Source: a virus (taxonomy: Duplodnaviria > Heunggongvirae > Uroviricota > Caudoviricetes). Taken from it: a stretch of DNA of 46,405 bases. The notes beneath the pieces are model-generated. The model made no database searches. It worked only from the letters and a program-made list of their open reading frames with translations, and had not been told where the DNA came from. The stretch lies in IMG/VR virus record IMGVR_UViG_2563366912_000002; one strand, given 5' to 3'. Shown here piece by piece: positions 44,921-46,405 of the stretch. The position numbers were made by a program, and so were the translations under genes. Position 1 is the stretch's first letter. Every line of letters starts with the position of its first letter.

Positions 44921-46405
44921 TTATTGTATTTCTGCTTCAGAATTTCCTGGGCAGTATATATTTTCTATTTTTTGTGGAGTGATCAGGTAATGTACAACTG
45001 CTTTATCTACACATAAATTAACTCCGGTGAGAGCTAATGTATGCCCATCACCATTTATTGTTAGTAACGGGCTGGAAAATTTCTCTGCCATCTTACGGGC
45101 ATTAATCCAGGGCGTTGTTGGGTCGTATTTGTGTGCTACAAACAGTAAACCAGAGGGCAGAACAGTATTTTTCAGGCGAGTTTTGTTCAGGTCGCTATGT
45201 ATTGGCCATAATTCACAAAAATCAGGTGAATCGGAACGTCCATTGTCAAAGTTAATAGCCGGGAAGGCATTCGCAAGAGCGTCTTTTCGGGATTTTCGCT
45301 CTTCTGGTGTTAATTGCTCATCCCCCTGATCTACACAGAGGATTACCCCCGAAGCATCGCTTGACTCTTCTGAGGCTATCGGAGCACTGAGCGCAGTTTC
45401 AATTTCATTACTGACAATCCCCTGAGAGAACTGGCGTATGGCAGTTGCAAGGGTTGGCCATGATGAACGCCATAGCAGAAGGTCTGTTGTTAATGATATG
45501 AGTTCATCTGAAGATATATTTTCTCCCTTACTGTCTAATAAAGGTTTGTGATGTAATTTTGATAATAGCTCATGGAACTGAGTTATTGCCTTATCTCTGT
45601 CTGAAGAAAGCGGGCAACTTTTTGTACGCGCACACCAGGATGCAAAGCGATCAAACGTTTCCTGATAACTCTGTGCCTGTTTGAGTTGCCATGTGAAGTT
45701 GTCCTCCAGGTCATCGATATCGACGACTCCATCAAGAACGATAGATCTTACGTTGTAGGGAAAACGTTCTGCATATAAGGCTGCAATTTGAGTTCCATAC
45801 GAATACGCCACGGCTGTCAGTTGTTTATCCCCCAAGGCTTGCCTAATACGATCAATATCGTATACAGCCTCGTTAGAGCCGATATGGCGAATGACTTCGG
45901 CTCCGGTATTATGGATACAGGCATTAATTTTATTTAATACTTGTTGCTTTTCGGTTATGTTTTCCTGAGTCTCTGTATCTGATTGCCGGCAGTTTATTGT
46001 CGGAGTGGACTGTCCGACGCCTCGAGGATCAAATCCAATAATATCCCATGACTCACGAAGATTTGTGACTGGCCAGTCAAAGTTAATATAAGGATTTATG
46101 CCTGGTAACCCGGGACCACCACTTATTATCAGGATACTTCCTTTATGCTTGCTTTTTGCCGGCAATTTTGTCAACGCTAGTTTGACTTGTGATTTTTTTT
46201 CATAAGAAGCATCTCCGCCTGTGTCTGTATATTTTAATGGAACAGACAAATAACCACATAGTAAGTCAGGAGACGGTTTTTCCTCACCAAACCAGTGGTT
46301 GAATTGACTGGCCATACAGGATTGCCACTGTATCTGCTGGGCAGATACGGTTACTGGTAGAAGTAACGTTAAAACAACTTTGAAATGAGTGATTATTTTT
46401 CGCAT
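44921..46405 (-). CDS. Secreted alpha/beta-hydrolase (S33 / tripeptidyl-aminopeptidase-like), 494 aa, with N-terminal signal peptide
   Basis: Signal peptide MRKIITHFKVVLTLLLPVTVSA; oxyanion-hole region IISGGPGLPG; nucleophile elbow AYSYGT (G-x-S-x-G); AT-rich, opposite strand to the tail genes; start codon is the last 3 nt of the window. Confidence 0.75.
   Translation of the reverse strand: MRKIITHFKVVLTLLLPVTVSAQQIQWQSCMASQFNHWFGEEKPSPDLLCGYLSVPLKYTDTGGDASYEKKSQVKLALTKLPAKSKHKGSILIISGGPGLPGINPYINFDWPVTNLRESWDIIGFDPRGVGQSTPTINCRQSDTETQENITEKQQVLNKINACIHNTGAEVIRHIGSNEAVYDIDRIRQALGDKQLTAVAYSYGTQIAALYAERFPYNVRSIVLDGVVDIDDLEDNFTWQLKQAQSYQETFDRFASWCARTKSCPLSSDRDKAITQFHELLSKLHHKPLLDSKGENISSDELISLTTDLLLWRSSWPTLATAIRQFSQGIVSNEIETALSAPIASEESSDASGVILCVDQGDEQLTPEERKSRKDALANAFPAINFDNGRSDSPDFCELWPIHSDLNKTRLKNTVLPSGLLFVAHKYDPTTPWINARKMAEKFSSPLLTINGDGHTLALTGVNLCVDKAVVHYLITPQKIENIYCPGNSEAEIQ

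Overview
This window is a near-complete lambdoid prophage of the E. coli type, read in prophage order; the window starts exactly at the stop codon of the integrase and ends at the start codon of a cargo hydrolase. All calls rest on reading the supplied six-frame translations and the DNA by eye; no search or computation was run. Layout: (1) an IntR-like integrase split by a 1954-bp IS21-family (IS100-like) element, plus xis; (2) lambda-type Red genes exo, bet and gam and small early-left ORFs; (3) an immunity region where a LexA-like CI repressor is followed on the same strand by a 153-aa ORF and a eukaryotic-like protein kinase (Stk-like), in the position lambda gives to rexAB; (4) cro, a YdaT-like CII analogue, O with ori iterons, and P; (5) an AT-rich island carrying a 660-aa SIR2-domain protein, the best candidate for an undescribed anti-phage system, followed by a tiny Lys-rich ORF, a strong terminator and about 580 bp with no ORF; (6) DLP12-like nin/Q genes (ybcN, ninE, ybcO, rusA, ylcG, quuD); (7) an antisense nmpC porin, a pinholin/SAR-endolysin/Rz/Rz1 lysis cassette and bor; (8) cos followed by lambda-type packaging, head and tail genes nu1 through J; (9) lom, a 1261-aa side tail fibre with a C-terminal chaperone domain, and an AT-rich secreted alpha/beta-hydrolase gene. 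No recognisable N gene is present, but an Arg-rich 20-codon mini-ORF lies in frame with the first ORF after the putative PL, separated by a single TAG. No tRNA, rRNA or CRISPR array was seen.
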